Below are positions 61,198-64,000 of a stretch of DNA of 64,000 nucleotides, piece after piece; the stretch's first letter is position 1; every line of letters starts with the position of its first letter. A program made the translations under genes and the position numbers. A model generated the notes under the pieces. It was not told the origin of the DNA, ran no database searches, and worked only from the letters and a program-made list of their open reading frames with translations. The stretch comes from Octopus vulgaris (lineage: Eukaryota): NCBI GenBank assembly GCA_951406725.2, contig OX597824.1, forward strand, positions 88,288,001 through 88,352,000, read 5' to 3'.

Positions 61198-62767
61198 AAG
61201 ATCCTGTGGAAAAATGGAAGCAGAACGAAAACCAGTGATGGTAGTTGAACAACAATAACTATAATATTTTGGCCATGTTGTGTCAGATGTATCTGCGTCT
61301 TCGGGGTTTGAGAGGACGGAAGACGGTCTAGCAGGCAACGAAGATGAAAATTGAGCTAGAACACAAGTAGGATTCTGACGGAATAAACCGTTGTAGCAGG
61401 AGAACGCAGTGTGTCCAGCTGTGGTAGTTGTGTCTGAAGCCCCAATCCTAGTCACGCGATGACCATATTCATTCATTGAAGCGAGTAACGGGGCTAAACA
61501 TAGAAGGGACAAACAAGGACAGACAAATGGATTAAGTCGATTACATTGACCCCAGTGCGTAACTGGTACTTATTTAATCATCCTTTCGGGGTCGATTAAA
61601 TAAGCACCAGTTACGCACTGGAGTCGATATAATCAACTTAATCCGTTTGTCTCCTCTGTGTTTAACCCCTTGTGGGTAGTAAAGAAATGCGTAGCCGTAT
61701 TTCGTCTGCCGTTACGTTCTGAGTTCAAATTCCACCGAGGTCGACTTTGCCTTTCATCCTTTCGGGGTCAATAAATTAAGTACCAGTTATGCATTGGGGT
61801 TGATATAATCGACTTAATCCGTTTGTCCTTGTTTGTTCTCTCTGTGTTTAGCCCCTTGTGGACAATAAAGAAATAGGTATTTCGTCTGTCTTTATGTTCT
61901 GAGTTTGAATTGCAGCAAAGTCAACCTCGCCTTTCATTCTTTTGGGATCAATAGAATAAGAACCAGCCAAGCACTGGGGTCGATGTAATCAACTTAACTT
62001 CTGGGTATATTCTTTTATTTGTTTCAGTCATTTGACTGTGGCCATGCTGGAGCACCGCCTTTAATTGAGCAACTCGACCCCAGGACTTATTCTCTTTGTA
62101 AGCCCAGTACTTATTCTATCGGCCTCTTTTGCTGAACTGCTAAGTAACGGGGACATAAACACACGAGCATCGGTTGTCAAGCAATGCTAGGGGACAAACA
62201 CACACACGCATATATATATACATATATACAACAGGCTTCTTTTCAGTTTCCGTCTACCAAATCCACTCACAAGGCTTTGGTCGGCCCGAGGCTACAGTAG
62301 AAGACACTTGCCCAAGGTGCCATGCAGTGGGACTGAACCCGGAATCATGTGGTTGGTAAACAAACTACTTACCACACAGCCACTCCTGCTTTAAGAAATT
62401 ATCATTTCTTATATTTAATTGTTTATGTTTTGATTTTATTTACTCTATGTACCCAGACTTTGTGGACACCCTGTAGTGTTTCATACTCCTAAAACAACAG
62501 GGTGGTCATGATTGATCACAGGTCTACTGATTCACGGTTTCAAATTTTGGCATAAGGCCAGCAATTTGAGGGCAAAGGGTTAGTTGTCACATCAGCTCCA
62601 GTCTCAACTGGTTCTTATTTTATCAACCCTGAAAAGATGAAAGTCAAAGTTGAACTCAGAACCTGACGAGTTAGGAGAAATGCTGCTAAGTATTTGATCC
62701 AATGCACTAATGATTTTGTCAACCCACCACTGCTGGATCAAGATTGACATGAAGTTAAGCAACAAAT

Positions 62768-63191
62768 CTATATATATAAAGCTGAAGTTGTCTGTGTGTA
62801 GCAGGTTTGGTAGCCTTCAACTAACACTATCTCCTCCAAGACCCTGCGGCGCAAGTTGACCAAAATTGAGAGTATGATAGAAGAAAAAATTCAAATTGCT
62901 GTGTCATTGAAATTGAGAGTATGGTAGAAGGCTTGCTCTTCCTTCTGTAGAAGATAAAATTCAAATCGGACCATGTTAACACCAAAAATTATTTACATCA
63001 AAAAGGTGCTTTCTTTCTATGAAAATCCCTATTTTTTACGATTTTTTTACTGCTGTGTCGCCATTTTTCGGTGTATTTAAACCAGAAAATTGTTCACTTA
63101 AAGAGCTACATGATGCAAAATTTTTACTTTTCAAAAATTCCAATTCTAAAGGGTCGAAGCAAACCCGAGCAACGCTGGGCAATACTACTGG
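62768..63191 (+). mobile_element. Non-autonomous Helitron-type element
   Basis: A|TCTATATATATAAAGCTGAAG start, 3' hairpin CCCGAGCAACGCTGGG and CTGG|T end. Confidence 0.75.
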
Positions 63192-64000
63192 TAGTGGCTA
63201 AAACTGTTAGCCAATTTGATCTCAAGGTCTCAGAGGGAATGCAAAAGTCATGAGCACAACCCTTTCCTCCATACCAAAGCTAATGTAAAACAAAAAAGAC
63301 TTTTGTAAAATATAAATAGCAAAATTAAGTCGAAATCTAATCTGTTTACATAATCTCTTTCTAGGGCAAAGTAATTTAGTTGGTATAATATCACCATCAT
63401 TTTATGTCAGGTTTTTCCAAGCGGGCAAAGGTTGGATGGGTTTACAAATTGTCATTTCTTAGTGCATGTGGAATGACGTACACTACAGTGCAATCCTTTG
63501 TCATCTGACACACATAGAAAAGCCATCCATCTACAGAATTTATGATATTTTTGATGATGCTGTATTAACTGTACTTAATACATGAGATATTAAACAACAA
63601 TAGCCAATGCTTTATTTTATTATCTGTTTTGAGAACTAGTATATCTTTCTCGGCCTCCGTGTCGGTGGCACGTAAAAAGCACCCACTACACTCAGAGTGG
63701 TTGGCGTTAGGAAGGGCATCCAGCTGTAGAAACACTGCCAGATCAGACTGGAGCCTGGTGCAGCCTCCTGGCTTCCCAGACCCTGGTCGAACCGTCCAAC
63801 CCATGCTAGCATAGAAAGTGGATGTTAAATGATGATGATGATATATATATATATATACACATACACACACACATTACGTGGCACTCCGTTGGTTAAGATG
63901 AGGAGGGTTCCAGTTGATCCAATCAACGGAACAGCCTGCTTGTGAAATTAACGTGTAAGTGGCTGAGCACTCCACAGACACGTGTACCCTTAACGTAGTT

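Noticed and set aside
4080-63870. Dozens of short ORFs sharing peptides such as [25 protein letters not shown] and RRGRLCLSS
   Set aside because: Chance frames through SINE families A-C, not a gene family.

Overview
AT-rich, repeat-dense animal genomic DNA, most likely octopus (inferred from the SINE families, (TA)n/(ATG)n microsatellites and intron style). Four protein-coding genes are supported. (1) The 3' part of PSMD1/Rpn2 is one uninterrupted 1.4-kb ORF (+). (2) RPL9 (-) has an intronless CDS, a 5'-UTR intron and a TCT/TOP start. (3) DNAJC17 (+) is head-to-head with RPL9 and has 11 coding exons. (4) An 11-exon, 549-aa firefly-luciferase/4CL-like ANL-family gene (-) has an intact frame but substituted adenylation residues. 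The rest is mostly tRNA-derived SINEs, RTE/CR1 LINE fragments, mariner/piggyBac/hAT MITEs, Helitron-type elements and Penelope-like termini. The most notable hidden layer is a set of type I hammerhead ribozyme motifs from several unrelated repeat families. Three have canonical cores (two of them sense-oriented in introns), and others carry G3-C8, U3-A8 or A6U core variants. A duplicated and inverted copy of the DNAJC17 promoter and exon 1 sits in the bidirectional promoter. All exon and structure calls were made by eye; no searches or folding programs were run.
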